Positions 24,111 through 38,095 of a stretch of 64,000 nucleotides of DNA are shown one piece after another. Below the pieces are notes generated by a model. The model made no database searches, had not been told where the DNA came from, and saw only the letters and a program-made list of their open reading frames with translations. The stretch covers positions 46,872,001 through 46,936,000 of the forward strand of contig OX597837.1 of NCBI GenBank assembly GCA_951406725.2. The letters run 5' to 3'. The stretch's first letter is position 1. Every line of letters starts with the position of its first letter. The translations under genes were made by a program, and so were the position numbers. The DNA comes from Octopus vulgaris (taxonomy: Eukaryota).

Positions 24111-26729
24111 ATTATTATTATTCACACTCTTGAAAGATTGTTTAGAAAACAACAATATAGAATTGAAACTAAAACATCATTTATTTAATTAGAGAATATC
24201 TTTTAATAAATGCTGATGTAAACATCTTATTTTGATGGGTGTGAACAGGTATTTTTCATTCAGCATGTTATTATCATTTGTGCTAATTTGCATACAACCA
24301 GGAAATATTAGCCTAGAGTAGGTGGTAGGATGGTGGTAGGATGGTTATTGTATGTAAAGAAAGGAAAGTAGGTGCGCTCGTTAGCATAGCTTTCCATTCA
24401 TAACATCGGTCGTGTACTTAAAACACTCCTCACTTATTGGAGATTTCCTCAGTCACTGCACATGCGTTAATTAACGATGATTTGAACCAATTTAATTTAA
24501 TTTATGATAATGTATGTATTACACATGCACACACATACAGTCTCTCTCTCTCTCTCCTTCCCTGTGTGTATGTACTCACACACACACATAAAGTCAATGA
24601 CTGAATATTTATTTGTCAGTCGCTTTTGTGGTCGTCCTTGCCAGCTGCTCTCCTTTCCACACCTTTTGCTATTTTTATGGTAAATAAATCTAAGTCAGTC
24701 GACACATGTTACTTTAAGGTGATATCATACAAATGTATTGACTAATATCAGGGTTGATGTAAACCCATTGATTGTCTGAGTTCGTTAAACTTACCTAAGC
24801 CCAATCCCTCCAGAAGAAATTAGGTGAGTTCAGATGAGTTGAGGGATGGGGACCACCAGCCATAAAATGCCTAAAACATTGCATTCTTTCATGGCAGCAC
24901 CCTCAAGACTATATAATATATGAGTATCTATTGTTTAGAGTATCCATGTCAATGGAGTTGGGACAGGCTGGTTTGTACTGGCATCAGGTCGTGTTAATTC
25001 TAACAGGGAAGTCAAACCAATTATTGATATTTTGAAATCCTTTAATATGTTGCATAATGGATGTATTTCCTGTTGTATATTATGCAAATACTTTCAAAAT
25101 ATTATTTGATTCCACTTCACTATAAATTATATATTCTTATGAATAAAGAATACCACACACACACACACACACACATTGGGTAATTCTTTCCTTCTGTTTA
25201 TAAACCCAAATGTATAGAATATACAATCATGCGGCTTCAGGTTCAGTCCTGCTGTGCAGCACCTTGGGCAAGTATCTTCTTTAATAGCCCCAATCTGACC
25301 AATGATTTGTGAGTGCATTTGGTAGATGAAAACTGTGTACACACACACACACACAGTGTTTTGACAATTTTTTGTCCCCTTTTTTTCAGGAACAGTTTGA
25401 TGTATTGGTGAATGGTCAACAGTGTTGGAGAGCATAAAGATTGAAGTTGTAGTTGAGAAGAAGTTAGGGGACATAAGGGAACTGGGTGGCATCGTCTGGA
25501 CATTGCCTCGGCATATTTCTGTCCGTGTGTCATCCCATTGTTGTTGATTGACACTACTTCTACTTTGTGAACCCTGCCACCTGGTCAACAAAGGTCCTGC
25601 GTAAAATGCGTATCCTGCAATCTAAACAGGTTTCTCACATTGAGAAGGGTGGTGTCATCTCAGTTTGGCAATTCTTTGATTTAGGGATGTCAAAAATGTG
25701 AGACAGAAAATGAAACCAACAATAATGGGGAATGTACAAAAATTATTTGGAATTCTCTGTTGAGATTTTTGATCAGCAAAATTTATTCTTTTTTTTACAT
25801 AAAAAACAAATGTTGTTGTTACTGTGAACAGCAAAACATTGAGAGAGTTTTGAATGTTGTTGTTCTTGGTGCTGTTGTAATAACAGATAAAGTGTTGTTA
25901 GTTGTTGCCACCTACTGACTTCAAATGTCATTCATCCTTTGGCTGTTCAATTGCTTTTCTGTTGTCAGCTGCTGTCCACCGTCTCTGTTGGTCAACTCCT
26001 GCAAGTGTCTGTCAAGGCCCTCTCTGCTGCAACCCAGAGCTCTCCATCAATTAGTCATGGTGCATCAAATTTATACTGGTTGATAAGCTCAGAAAGAAGC
26101 ATACCAAAAAAGGGGAGATCGTCCCTGGAGTCTATTTGATGTGAAGTTGTGATTGGTTAGCTTTTGTTGATCATGTGACTGGTATTCTAGCATATTGTGA
26201 CACTGGGTGATCACTGAATATTTCCATCACAGGCCCAAAGTCAGCAATATTTTAGGGAAGGGATTAATCGATACCCTCAAACCCAATATTTAGGCTGATT
26301 TTTTGTTTATTTTGTTAATTTTGGAAAGATGAAGGGCAAAGCTGACATCAGCAGGATTTCAACCAACAATGTGAAGAAGCAGAATGAATAGCACAAAGCA
26401 TTTCCCCAGTGCTTTACCAATTCTCCTAGTTACCTACTGCCCTTAAAGCTGCTTCTGATAATCATCATATCCTTACCAATATTAACAGATTTATTATCAT
26501 CAACATCAACATCAATGGTATCATCATTGTTATCATTATCATCCTCCTCATCACCAACATTGTCTTCATTATGATGATGATCATCATCATCATCACCAGT
26601 CATCATCATCATCATGTTCATGTCATTGTTAACATCAGTTTCTGCAAACTGGCAACATTTTTAGTTGATAGACAAAAACAAAAGGGTGGGACCTCTTTCT
26701 CCCTAATTTTGTTTGTCAGCCTTTCTCTT

Positions 26730-26800
<71 letters not shown>

Positions 26801-27063
26801 GCTAGAGATAATTATCTTGTCAAGTAAGAGGTGGCTAATGATGGCACATTGAGGGAAGATGAGGGTTACATTAGGGTATATTTTAAGATAGGTGGGTCTA
26901 GAGGTTAAGAAGGTGTGGAAGGAGACAAAACAGCCGAGGGTGGTGGTGGTGGTGGGGTGACGAAGGCGGTGGGATGGTGGTGGTTGTTGTAAATAAATGT
27001 CAACTGTAATGGGTGTGATATTTTCTAATACAATCAGAGCAGTCCTACCTTCACTACTGACAC

Positions 27064-27160
27064 ACCACCACCACCACCACATCTTCACTGCCACCACCAC
27101 CACCACCACATCTTCACTGCCACCACCACCACCACCACATCTTCACTGCCACCACCATCA
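27064..27160. repeat. 29-bp minisatellite, (CCA)n-CATCTTCACTG x3
   Basis: atcttcactg recurs at 27081, 27110 and 27139. Confidence 0.85.
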
Positions 27161-27694
27161 CCATCAACACTAACGAGAGGGGGCAAGGGAGTTGACCAAC
27201 ACAACCTTCATCATCACATCACCACAACCACCATCACCACTGCCATGACTATCATCATCATCACCACAATTTCTGTCTCTTGACACTACTACCATGACTA
27301 CCACTGTTGCTGTTGCTAACACCATCCTTTGTTAACTGACTTGTCACTCTGTTGGTTATGATGATGATGATGGTTCCAGTGATCTGGTCAGTGGAACAAG
27401 TCTGCTTGTGAAATGAATGTGTAAGTGGCTGGATATTCCACAGACACCTATGCTGGGCTGATTCAGTTGTGACACAGAATATGACAAGGTTAGCCCCTCT
27501 TGAATTACAGGTACAGCTAATTTTTGCCAGGTGAATGGACTAGAGCAACGTGGAGTAAAGTGTCTTGCCCAAGGACACAACATGCTGTTGGGAATTGAAC
27601 TCACATCCTGATGATTGTGAACTGAATACACCTAACTACTAAGCCATGTGCCTTCACTATATCATTGATGTCCAATATTTGAAATATTCACCAT

Positions 27695-27734
<40 letters not shown>

Positions 27735-30195
27735 TATATATATGCCTTCACCATATCATGTATATATATATATATATATATATCATTCCATGCTAGCATG
27801 GGTTACCTGCTGGGTGGTTGGTGTTAGGAAGGGCATCCAACCATAAAAACCCTGCCAAAACAGACACAGAAGTGAAGTGGAGGCTTCTGCGTGTCTGGCT
27901 CCTGTCAAACCATCCCATCCATGCCAGCATGGAGGGCAGCAGTTAAATGATGAGGAGGATGGTGATGCAAATGAAAAAGCAAAGCAAAAATACATGGAAT
28001 GGATTGGCTTGATGTTCCAGTATAAGGTGGGAAAGAAAGGAGAGAGAAAACATCTGGAGAGAGTCAGGCATGGCTGTGTGGTTAAGAAATTTGCTTCCTG
28101 AACAGGTAGTTTCAGGTTCAATCCCAATGTGTGGCACTTGGAGCAAGTGTGTTCTAGTATAGTCCTAGGATGAAACAAGCCTTGTGTGTGGAATTGGTAG
28201 ATGGAAACTGAAAGAAGCTCATGTGTATATGATGGCTGTAAATGAGCACCACTGTCATATAAGCAGTGTTCCTTATTTCCAATATTTTTCAGCCATGGAG
28301 AAATGTTGTGCTTGAAAAACAAGTGATGGTTGATGGCAAGAAGGGATTTAGGGCCATAGAAAATCTGCCTCAACAAATTGTGTTTCACTTATCCGAGTGC
28401 TGAGGGACGAACATTATACACTGCTGCTGCTGATTCCAACTGTGACATTGGGAAAAAAAAAAAACAGTTGGCACACTACATCAGATGGTGATGATACTGA
28501 AATCAGTGGTTTTAGTGGTGGTGATGGAAGTGATGCTTGGCATGATATTAGTGTTGGTGGTAGTGCAGTGATGGTGCTTGATGACGGGGTGGTGGTAATA
28601 TAGTTGCTATGTTGGTTATACCAAATTTTTATTCTTGTTATTTAGCTTCAAGTTGGTTCTGATTAAGCTGAGTGGTGAATAAGACATTCCAGCCATGACC
28701 ACTCTGCATGTCCTGTACCTCTTTCTTTCTTTTTTCTTTTGAATATAGTGTGGAGGTGCATAGTTTAGTGGTGAGGGTGTTAGTCGTGATCATAAAAATT
28801 GTGGTTTCAATTCCAATGTGTTGTGTTCTTAAGCAAAACGCTTCATTTCACATTGCTCCAGTCCATTCAGCTGGCAAAGATGAGTAATCCGGTGATGGAC
28901 TAGCGTCCCATCCAGGGGGCTAATGTATACACCATGGAAACCAGAGACTGGCCCTATGAGTCTACATGACTCAGCAAGGTTCTTTAGCCTTTATCTTATC
29001 TTTATTTATATATATATATTTGTTTTGAAGTGACTTGACTGCAATTTCTAGCAGATCTGGATGATGGAAATTACAGATAATAGCTGCAGTAATGGTGCTA
29101 GTCCTGGAGAAGAATGAATGTGTGTGTGTGTGTGGGGGGGAGGGAAATAGAGAAAGGTGTAGTTAGTGGGTAAATAGTAATGTAATTGTAGAAGTGACCT
29201 ATAGAGGCAATGGGGGGGATTAAAACAGATACGAGAGGGAGGTCGGGAGTGGTTGTTAACAGAATTGGGACTTTATCTCTGTTGTAGTGGTTATTGTTGC
29301 TGTTGCTGCAGCAAAGCCCCAGGTCAGCTTTGATTGAGTAGACATTTGATCAAAAGCATTCCAGCCATGACCATCCTTGCAATTTTCTTATGTGTAGGGA
29401 ACCCAGAATGTTATTTTCCTATGTTGTCTTCTGAAATAGTTGGGTGTGATTTTTATTTGAGGGAAATTTAACTTCTATTTCTAGCAAGTCAAGTGACCAT
29501 GCTGAAGCTTTCCCATTTGCTAATCACAAGTATTTGATGATCTCTGGGTGTGAACATATGTCTGTATAGACTGTGTGTATGCATATATGAACATGTGTGT
29601 GGGTGCTTACATTCTTATAGAGGGTCAGGGTGTGAATGTGTGTGTGTGTGGTAATTATCACCGTAATAGTGGGGGAATGTGTAAAGAGGAACAGGATGAG
29701 GTTCCACTACTCCCTCCCATTTGGGCTTTCTTTATTTCTGTTTTACCCTTAAAGGTTCACATTTCAGTAGAAAGGATTCTGCAAAAGTGAGGTCAAGACC
29801 AGTCTGGATCTATATATACTTGTTTACAGGCTGGGTAATTTTTCTCTTTGTTTCTATCCTATATTTGAACTCCACTACTAAGGTTTTTCTCCCCTACCCC
29901 TCATAATCTCGCATGTAAAATTTAAAAACATGAACTTGCTGGCCTTGTGCCAAAACTTGAAACCATTATTATTATTATTATGAAGATGGTAAGCTAGCAG
30001 AATCATAAACAAAATGCTTGGCAGCATTTCTTCCAGTTTTTTACAGCCTGAGTTCAAATTCTGCCATGGTCAACTTTGCCTTTCAACCTTTTAAAATCAA
30101 TGAGTACTGAGGCCAATGTACTTGACTTACACCCTCCCTCTAAAATTACTGGCCTTGTGCAGAAATTTGAAGTTGTTATTATTATTATTATTATT

Positions 30196-30720
30196 ATGTG
30201 AGAGAGCAGTGCATGCCATCAAAGTGACACTGGGGTAGAATATACGAAGCCCAGTATACCCATTGTGACTATCTGTTTGATAAGGGTACACTAGGCACAT
30301 GCATCACAACCATATGTGTGTGACATGATGATCTCATATCAAGATAAACAGTGCATGACCTTGCAGGTCGAGTAACCCATCCCGCTCAAAAGGTCCCTGA
30401 ATAAGGTTTCTTTAAGGATGTTGAATAAAACACTCATGTTTCCAGAGGTGAATTATTCAAACCCCTAAAAACTCATCTCAACACATGGCTATGATGCTCC
30501 TCCGCTACTTCTGCACATGATCAGAGAAGCACATACTAGCAGCCACTAAGGGACATGCTCAACTAGTTTAGGGTTAAACACCTGACAAGTGAATCTGTGG
30601 TATTGAGCTGAATATTTGCTGTAACCCGTATTTTATACCAAGACAAAACCTGTACATAACACTTCCAATCAGCAAAGATCAAAAGCCATGAGAGCCAGCG
30701 TCTGGTACTACATCTGAGCA
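30196..30720. repeat. Unclassified interspersed repeat (partial opposite-strand copy at about 40915-41075)
   Basis: acacatggctatgatgct...agccactaagggacatgctcaact...gaatatttgct recurs reverse-complemented. Confidence 0.6.
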
Positions 30721-30724
30721 ATTA

Positions 30725-30960
30725 TCATTATTATTTTTAAAACTCTGGTTTTGTTGGAAATCTTAGATTCTTTCTTGCTTCCTGTAGCCTATAGCATCAT
30801 GTTCTTTGTTTCTTCAACTAATACTTTTCTGATGATTCTGGCCATGCCAAGGAGGCAAACTTTTTGTAACAGTTCCACTGGACACTCTATTCCAAGTTTC
30901 TTTATATTCCTCTTGATGCCTTCTGATACTGTTCCCAAGGACTCAACAACTATTTGATGA
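30725..30960 (-). mobile_element. 3' fragment of a restriction-like-endonuclease non-LTR element (R4/Dong-like)
   Basis: Minus strand reads IVVESLGTVSEGIKRNIKKLGIECPVELLQKVCLLGMARIIRKVL, the typical C-terminus of these elements. Confidence 0.7.
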
Positions 30961-30964
30961 AAAC

Positions 30965-31250
30965 TCTCAGCTTATTTTGCTGGGTATGATGGAGAGTGTC
31001 AGCTGCCCACAGCCAGCAGACTAAGGTGACATTGTTTACTGATCATGCTTCAAGAACCCTGCAGAGGATTCTTGCAGTTCCAAGCAATGAGGATTTTTAT
31101 AGGTCTTCTATCTTTACATTTGTATCAGTCCTGTTGATCCATGTTCGTAGATTAGTGTTGATACTTCCAAGAGCACCAATTACTATTGGTATCATATCCA
31201 ATTTCTTTATTGGTCACAATCTGTGTATTTCTCACTTCAATTCATCGTAA
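30965..31250 (-). mobile_element. Second, distinct R4/Dong-like 3' fragment
   Basis: Minus strand reads YDELK*EIHRL...IPIVIGALGSINTNLRTW...KSSLLGTARILCRVL. Confidence 0.75.
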
Positions 31251-31272
31251 TTGTTTGATTATTATTATTCAG

Positions 31273-31429
31273 GGAAGAAGAAAGTGGAATTCCTTTCAGG
31301 AAAAGATGGCAATGATTGGGTGTGGGTGATGGGCCAACATCCAGAGGATCTTACCATTGAAGACATTCTAGAACACGAAGCCAAAGAAAAAGCCACCTTA
31401 CAGGCAGAAAAAGAAGCGGAAGAACTAAG
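31273..31429 (+). CDS. SH2D4: SH2D4-like coding exon (GKKKVEFL...EAEELR), contains RVxF-type motif KKVEF
   Basis: Acceptor ttcag at 31268-31272, donor gtaagt at 31430; phase 1 in, phase 2 out; matches the SH2D4 N-terminal WVWVMG block. Confidence 0.92.
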
Positions 31430-34400
31430 GTAAGTTTTCATCTTACATCACTATCATTATTAGTCAACACTCACAGAGCAGAGTCACTCACTCAACTCTG
31501 ACTTGAGTCTCTCTTTCACTCAACTCTATCCCTCATCTTTGACTTATCTCTTTCTTTCATATCTCCGATCAGCTCTACCATTCCTCTCTCTTCCACACTC
31601 ATTCTCTTACTTCAGTCTTTCAACTCTCCCTTGACTCTCTCCACCTTCACTCATCTCAATTACTCAACTGTATCTTATCTCTTTGTTTCACTCAGCTCTA
31701 CCATCATTCTCTCACCATCACTCATCTCTACCATCATTCTCTCACCATCATTCAGCTCTGCTGCCTTTCTTCCCTTCAATCATCTCAGTCACTCGCTATT
31801 ATTTTGGCCGTTTGCTCTCACTCATCTCCGTCACTCAGCTCTGCCTGCCTGCCCACCCTCGCCTTCCTCATTCATTCACTCACTCATTAACCAACCATTG
31901 TCTCTTCTTATTCACTCAACTCCTTTTAATCAAATATTTTTATTTTTCTTCAACATTTAAATTTAATTTGTCAGAATATTTTTGTCTTGACAAATTAAAT
32001 TTAAATGTTGAAGTGAATCGAACGGTCTTTCTGTGTTTCTTAAATGGCTTATAAACACCTTCCATGCTGCAATTGTTTTTGTTTCAGCACACGATCTCAG
32101 ATCAGGTCACTTGCTATGCAAGTACATCTCCGTAATTTTATTTTTCTATTCAGGATAAAACAAGAGCTAGAGCTGAAAAAGAAAATGGAAGAAGAAAAGA
32201 AAAAACTTGAAAAAGAACGAATTGAGAGAGAATTCCAGTTGAAGTAAGTCATTCTTAAGTTGTGGTTGTTGTTAGGTCTGGTCAGTTCCTCTAGATAAAA
32301 GCCACGGCATGGAAATATTAGACTGAATGAACAAGTTATTGACTAACTTAGGCGGCTTGCTGGCAGAAACGTTAGCGTGCCGGGCAAAATGCTTAGCGGT
32401 ATTTCGTCTGTTGTTACGTTCTGAGTTCAAATTCCGCCGAGGTTGACTTTGCCTTTCATCCTTTCAGGGTCGATAAATAAAGTACCAGTTTCGCACTGGG
32501 GTCGATATAATCGACTTAATCCCTTTGTCTGTCCTTGTTTGTCCCCTCTATGTTTAGCCCCTTGTGGGTAGTAAAGAAATATATTGACTAACATTTCAGA
32601 TTGCAAACATTTAATGCAGAGAATTGATAGAAGTGTTAGAGGAAGTACCTTGTGGTGTTTATTCTGGGTTGAGTGGATGGTGGGAAAAGGAAATGATGGG
32701 AATAGAGAAAAATGATGATAGTCCGATGATGGGGATAACGAATGATGAGAATAGAGCTGATAATGGATGTTGAGAAGAGAAATGCGATGAAATGGCCGAG
32801 TCGTGTGTTGCGGAGGGATAAAAGTGAATGAGTGAAAGGAGGATTGGAAATGTGAAGGGAGAAAGGAGCAGAGAGAGAAAGATGAGGTTAAGAATGATGG
32901 AGAAGGAAATGAGAGCAATGGAGTGTGTAAAGGGAATGGATGTAAAGGATAAGAGAAAATAGGGAAAAAGGATAAGGGGCCTGCAAAAGCTGACTCCTAC
33001 TTTAGCAGAGAAAGTAACCTTAAGGTGTTTGTTGTTGCTGTTGTTGTTGCTGTTTTGAATTCAAATATTTCTGAGATTAATTTTATCCCTCATTCTTCTG
33101 GATTCAATAAATAAAGTACCGGCCCAGGAAGGTGAATGTAGGGATTGTTGGTGTTTGACAAGATGCCTTGTGGTACTTGTTTTGGTTCTTTGCATTCTGA
33201 GTTGGTAGCAGACTTAATCCATTGTCTGAATGAACCCCTTCACCTGGCCCTTGAGGGTCTTTAGTCAAGTCCACTCTGTTGCAAACACTCAGACCAGGTC
33301 ACCAGTTTAAGGATATCTTCCTCCCTTCCTCCAAGATTGTGCTCCAGCATGGTCACAGTGTAACAACTGAAACAAGTGAAATGTAAAAGATGTGCGTATA
33401 TGCGTTTCAGTTGTAGAGATTTGGTATGGTCACTTGTTGTTTTCACCATTCTCGGGCCTCATGAATTAAATTGACCTTTATTTAACAGCAGTGGTGAGTT
33501 TATTAAGGGAGATTTTAGCTGTGATATTAAGCAACTGCACAGATGCTCCACACTAACTCACGTGGCCCCTATTTTAAAGACAACATACACTTTGTGAAAT
33601 CAGATCTATATATTTCATTGAAAAGATGAAATGATAGAAATAGTCTTCCTCATTCAGTTGTGTAGATCTTATATTAAAGATAATTTTAAGGGCCTTTTTA
33701 TAGCAATATTTTTAAGACTACATCTGGGATCGTTACAAAATCACTCCTTCATATTTATTTATTTATATTTAAATTATAACCTATCATAGTTTATGCCAGA
33801 ACTTTTTTATGCTTCAAGCACCAGATTGATAATGGAAATATTGTTATTTAACTATATTCCTCCAAATGCCTGGTTATTTCAACATTTATTGAAACATAAG
33901 TAATGTGTTTTTTATGAGAGATATAGTCATGAAGGCCACTTACAGAAAAGGTCACAATTGCTCTACTTTAATAACCAAATGTCATTGATTTGTTTCTAAG
34001 TTACTTGATAGATGATGATGATTACTTTTGTTTGTTATACACCCATCCATCTTGTCTGCCCACTATTCCTGGGATGGTCATGGAACTAGAATCCTCAGGC
34101 ACCCCCTTTGTAGGATCCTACCAGAAGCAGTCATTACACTTCCTCACTGGATTCTCAAGCAGGACTAACCAAGAGCACATATTATCCAACCATCTCATTC
34201 TTGCTCTTCCCCTGGGTCTCCTGCCAGTTGGCTTGAAGAATCTGTGTTGCAATTCTTTCCTGCAACATTCAAATCTGTAGTACTGGAGCTGTGACCTCTC
34301 AGTGCAAAGATGCAGCAGCACAACCTGGAGAAACTCCCTGATCCCTGAGCTATGCACATTTTCAAGTAATGTGGCTCCAGAGATCCTTTAAAGGAACCCC

Positions 34401-37194
34401 ATTTTAGCCACTTGTATCATACTCTTTCAGATTCATAACCATAAGTGAGGATAAGCATAAAAATATTGAGGTTTTATTTATTCCTCATTACTTTGATAAG
34501 AAGAACAATATATGTCTTTAGATGTGCAGTAAATCTCTAGGTTTAATATGCATTTTTTTCGTCAAAATTTAGATTAAAATTAGGGATGCATAGAATACAT
34601 GTCATTGAGCCACAAAGATTTTCCTGCACTCGTTAAGAAAAAACAATAATGTAATGATTGAGTTTTATTATTTTTAGATAATTTTTTTTATTACATATGA
34701 AGAAATCTTATATTCATCATCATCATCATCATCGTTTAACGTCCGCTTTCCATGCTAGCATGGGTTGGACGGTTCTACTGGGGTCTGTGAAGCCAGAAGG
34801 CTTCATCAGGCCCAGTCAAATCTGGCAGTGTTTCTACAGCTGGATGCCCTTCCTAACGCCAACCACTCCGTGAGTGTAGTGGGTGCTTTTTACGTGCCAC
34901 CCGCACAGGTGCCAGGCAGAGCTGGCAAACGGCCACGAACGGATGGTGCTTTTTATTGATTTTAAATTTTGACATAAGGCCAACAAGTTTGGGAGAAGGG
35001 GCTAGTCACATCAACCCCAGTACACAACTGTTACTTAGTTTATTGACCCCCGAAAGATGAAAGGCAAAGGTCGACCTTGGCAGATTTTGAACTTCAAGCT
35101 TGACTTGACTTTACATCCTTTTCAACAAAAACTAATATATTGATGTGTATTAGCTTATCTCCTCTTGTACCAGTTGTTCAACACTATTATATTATTATGA
35201 AGTTGTAGCATAAAGTTATTTTGGTTTGGTTAAGAGATGGAAGAACAAAATTCTATGTAAAGTTCCAAATACAAATATTTGTTAACAAAAAAGTTGTCAT
35301 TGTGATGAACAACAGGAAAATGATATTGAAACAAAGTAAAGCTGTCCAATGGTGCATATTTTACCTGGTAGCCTATTTTATATATGGTAGTGTATGGTAC
35401 ATGGTTTTTAAAGTATGTTTGTTAATCATGAAATTAATTAGTGTGTCTTTCTTACAGACGCAAAGAAGATGAAGCTGCTTTGTATCAGTCATTGAAAGAA
35501 GTTAGGCTGATAGCAGATACAATTGAACAAGAAAGAGAAAAAGAGCGTCTGGGAGAAGAAGACAGATTAAAAGAACTTCAGGTGAGTCTGCTGGCAACAG
35601 TTTCCTTCATCTTTATGTCTTTTGTTGAAATAAAAAAAAAATTAGAATGTAAAAATTGATGCTTGTTTCATTATAAGTGTTGAAAAAAAAACCCCTCAAA
35701 GTGATCGTGTCCAAAATGCCATAGGCCTTGCTTTCCAATCTCATACTTTGTAGTATAATTATGTCCTCAGTTTCATGTTTTTTATTCCACCCAGGTTTAC
35801 TTTAACTTTCATCCTTCTGAAGTTGATAAAAGAAATATTGGGATGTTGATGCAATTGACTATACTCTCCTAAGCTGTGCTCCAGCATGGCCACAGTTGAA
35901 TGATTGGAAATAACAAAAGAACAACATATGTGTATATTTGCATCTTGAGACGACCGGAAGAAGAATTTTCTGATGTTTCTACTGATTTTATTGATTTTAT
36001 TTTTCTGTTGACATATCTTAGGATCAGGAAGAAAAAGGTCTACAGTACTGTCGAGAAAATTCCTTAAAGTTGAAGAAACGTCGAAGTGCTGAACTTTATA
36101 CGTCTTGGCGTAAAATGAGAAACATTCTAGAAAAGAATAGTACTGAAGACAATAAAGAAATTGAAGCAACTTGGAAAGAACAAGGTGAGTCAGTTTCTGT
36201 AGGTTTCACATTGGTTGAACTGACAAATGAAAGGGAAGCCCTCGACATAAATACAAATTCTTCCACAGTCTTATAGTTGAATGGCATTGTCACACCACAC
36301 CACAAATTGATCTTCTGGTCGAACTGAATAAACTGTTACCATTGCTTTTTCAAGTGCTGACTGTTGATTGTCACCTGACCATTTTTTTGTGTTTCAATGA
36401 CAAATGGAAGGACTTGAGATTAGTAACCAGAACTGGTACAGATAACTCAAGACTAAATGTATCCTGCAACCTTAGGTACCTAGCTCATTTCTTATGGTTT
36501 TGTACAAGGTAAAATACTTTGGCATAATTACGGATTTCTGTGCGTCTGTCCTGATTTTGTTTCTTCATAACTTTCTTAAAACTGGAAAAATTAGTAAAAT
36601 TTTCTACAAATATGTTTCAGATGGTGTAGATTATGTCAGAATTGTATAAAAAAAAATATCGTGGGTGAACGTCTGATAATTCAAATACCTTGATGAGGTG
36701 TGTGAATTATCCCTACCTTCCATTTTTTTGCATATCAAATTCCAATATAATCAAAATCTACACCATGTGAAACATGTTTGTTGAAAATTTTATTAAAACA
36801 TATCCATTTTTTTTAAACTTATGAGGAAAGAATCTGGTGGAAGTAAGGCACACATCTGTAGTTTTTTTTTTCAAGCTTTTTATAGAATCAAGGAATCTAC
36901 CCCAATATCCATTATCTTCAACCAATAATCTCAGTTTTTTGCTATTTCTAGTCCCTGAAGCTCCTATTGGGATAACAACAACACCTTTATGGTAATTCCA
37001 AGTTATCTGAATTTTGGACTTCAGGTTTTGGGTTTTCTTTTTAATATTATCTGATATTCTTTGCCTGCCATTCGGGTATTAAAATGGGGCAAATAATAGG
37101 GATTAAGTAACACACGTTTCTCTCTTTATTGACTATGTTGTTGTCATCTGCCTTCCCCTTCCTCCTCCTCCTCCTCCTCCTCTTTGTCCTATTA

Positions 37195-37233
<39 letters not shown>

Positions 37234-38062
37234 GCTCCGCCTTAGCAAAGGTGGAGGTATTGTTTTCAGTTGTGTTTGTATGTCCATGGACAAGATATCT
37301 CAAGAACCACTGGATGGATTCGAATGGAACTTTCAGGGATATTTGGCCTCGTGACTGGCATGAGCCAATTAGATTTTGGGATCCATCTGTTGCTGGACAA
37401 GGATTTGAAATAATTTTTCCGTTTTTTTAACTTAATTTTTGAGAGCGGTCAGGTTTGTTTTTAGTATTCTCATTTGTGAGAGTAGTCAAATTTATTTCAG
37501 ATATTCTCATTTTAAAAATCATCTCCGGCTAATGTTTGAGAGGACTTTGGTGTTGCCTTGGCAGAGGTTTGTGCTCTCTGAGTGTTCTTGTTGTTGTTGT
37601 TGGTTGGCAGAGTTGTTAGTGTTCGAAAAAAATAATTTGTAATATTTGTTCTGACTCTTTGCATTCTGAGTTCTAATCCTGACAGTCAACTTTGTTATCC
37701 ATCTTCCTAGGGTTGATAAAATAGGGTACCAGTTGAATACCAGGGTTGATATAATCAAATAAACCCCTTCATGCAAAACTACTGGCCTTGTGCCTAAATT
37801 AGAAATTATTATTGATGTTATTTTTGTCATATATTTTAGAGAAGAAATCACGAGAGGCCGAGGTTCAATTGCGGGAAATAGTACGACGAGCCCGGGAAGA
37901 ACATCGACGATCACAGAAATCTCTGTCGAAAGGCAGCAGCTCATCTCTGTCCGAAGATCTCCCACCAATTCCTCCGAAGCAAGTATGGTTTTCTGTGCTG
38001 TATGTATCTTTTATAAATGTTTTTTTTCACTCTCAGAGCACCGACCAATGGCACCAGCACAC

Positions 38063-38095
<33 letters not shown>

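Noticed and set aside
27783-28388. 201-aa ORF, the longest in the track
   Set aside because: Runs through SINE B and RTE 3'-end fragments; no recognisable domain.
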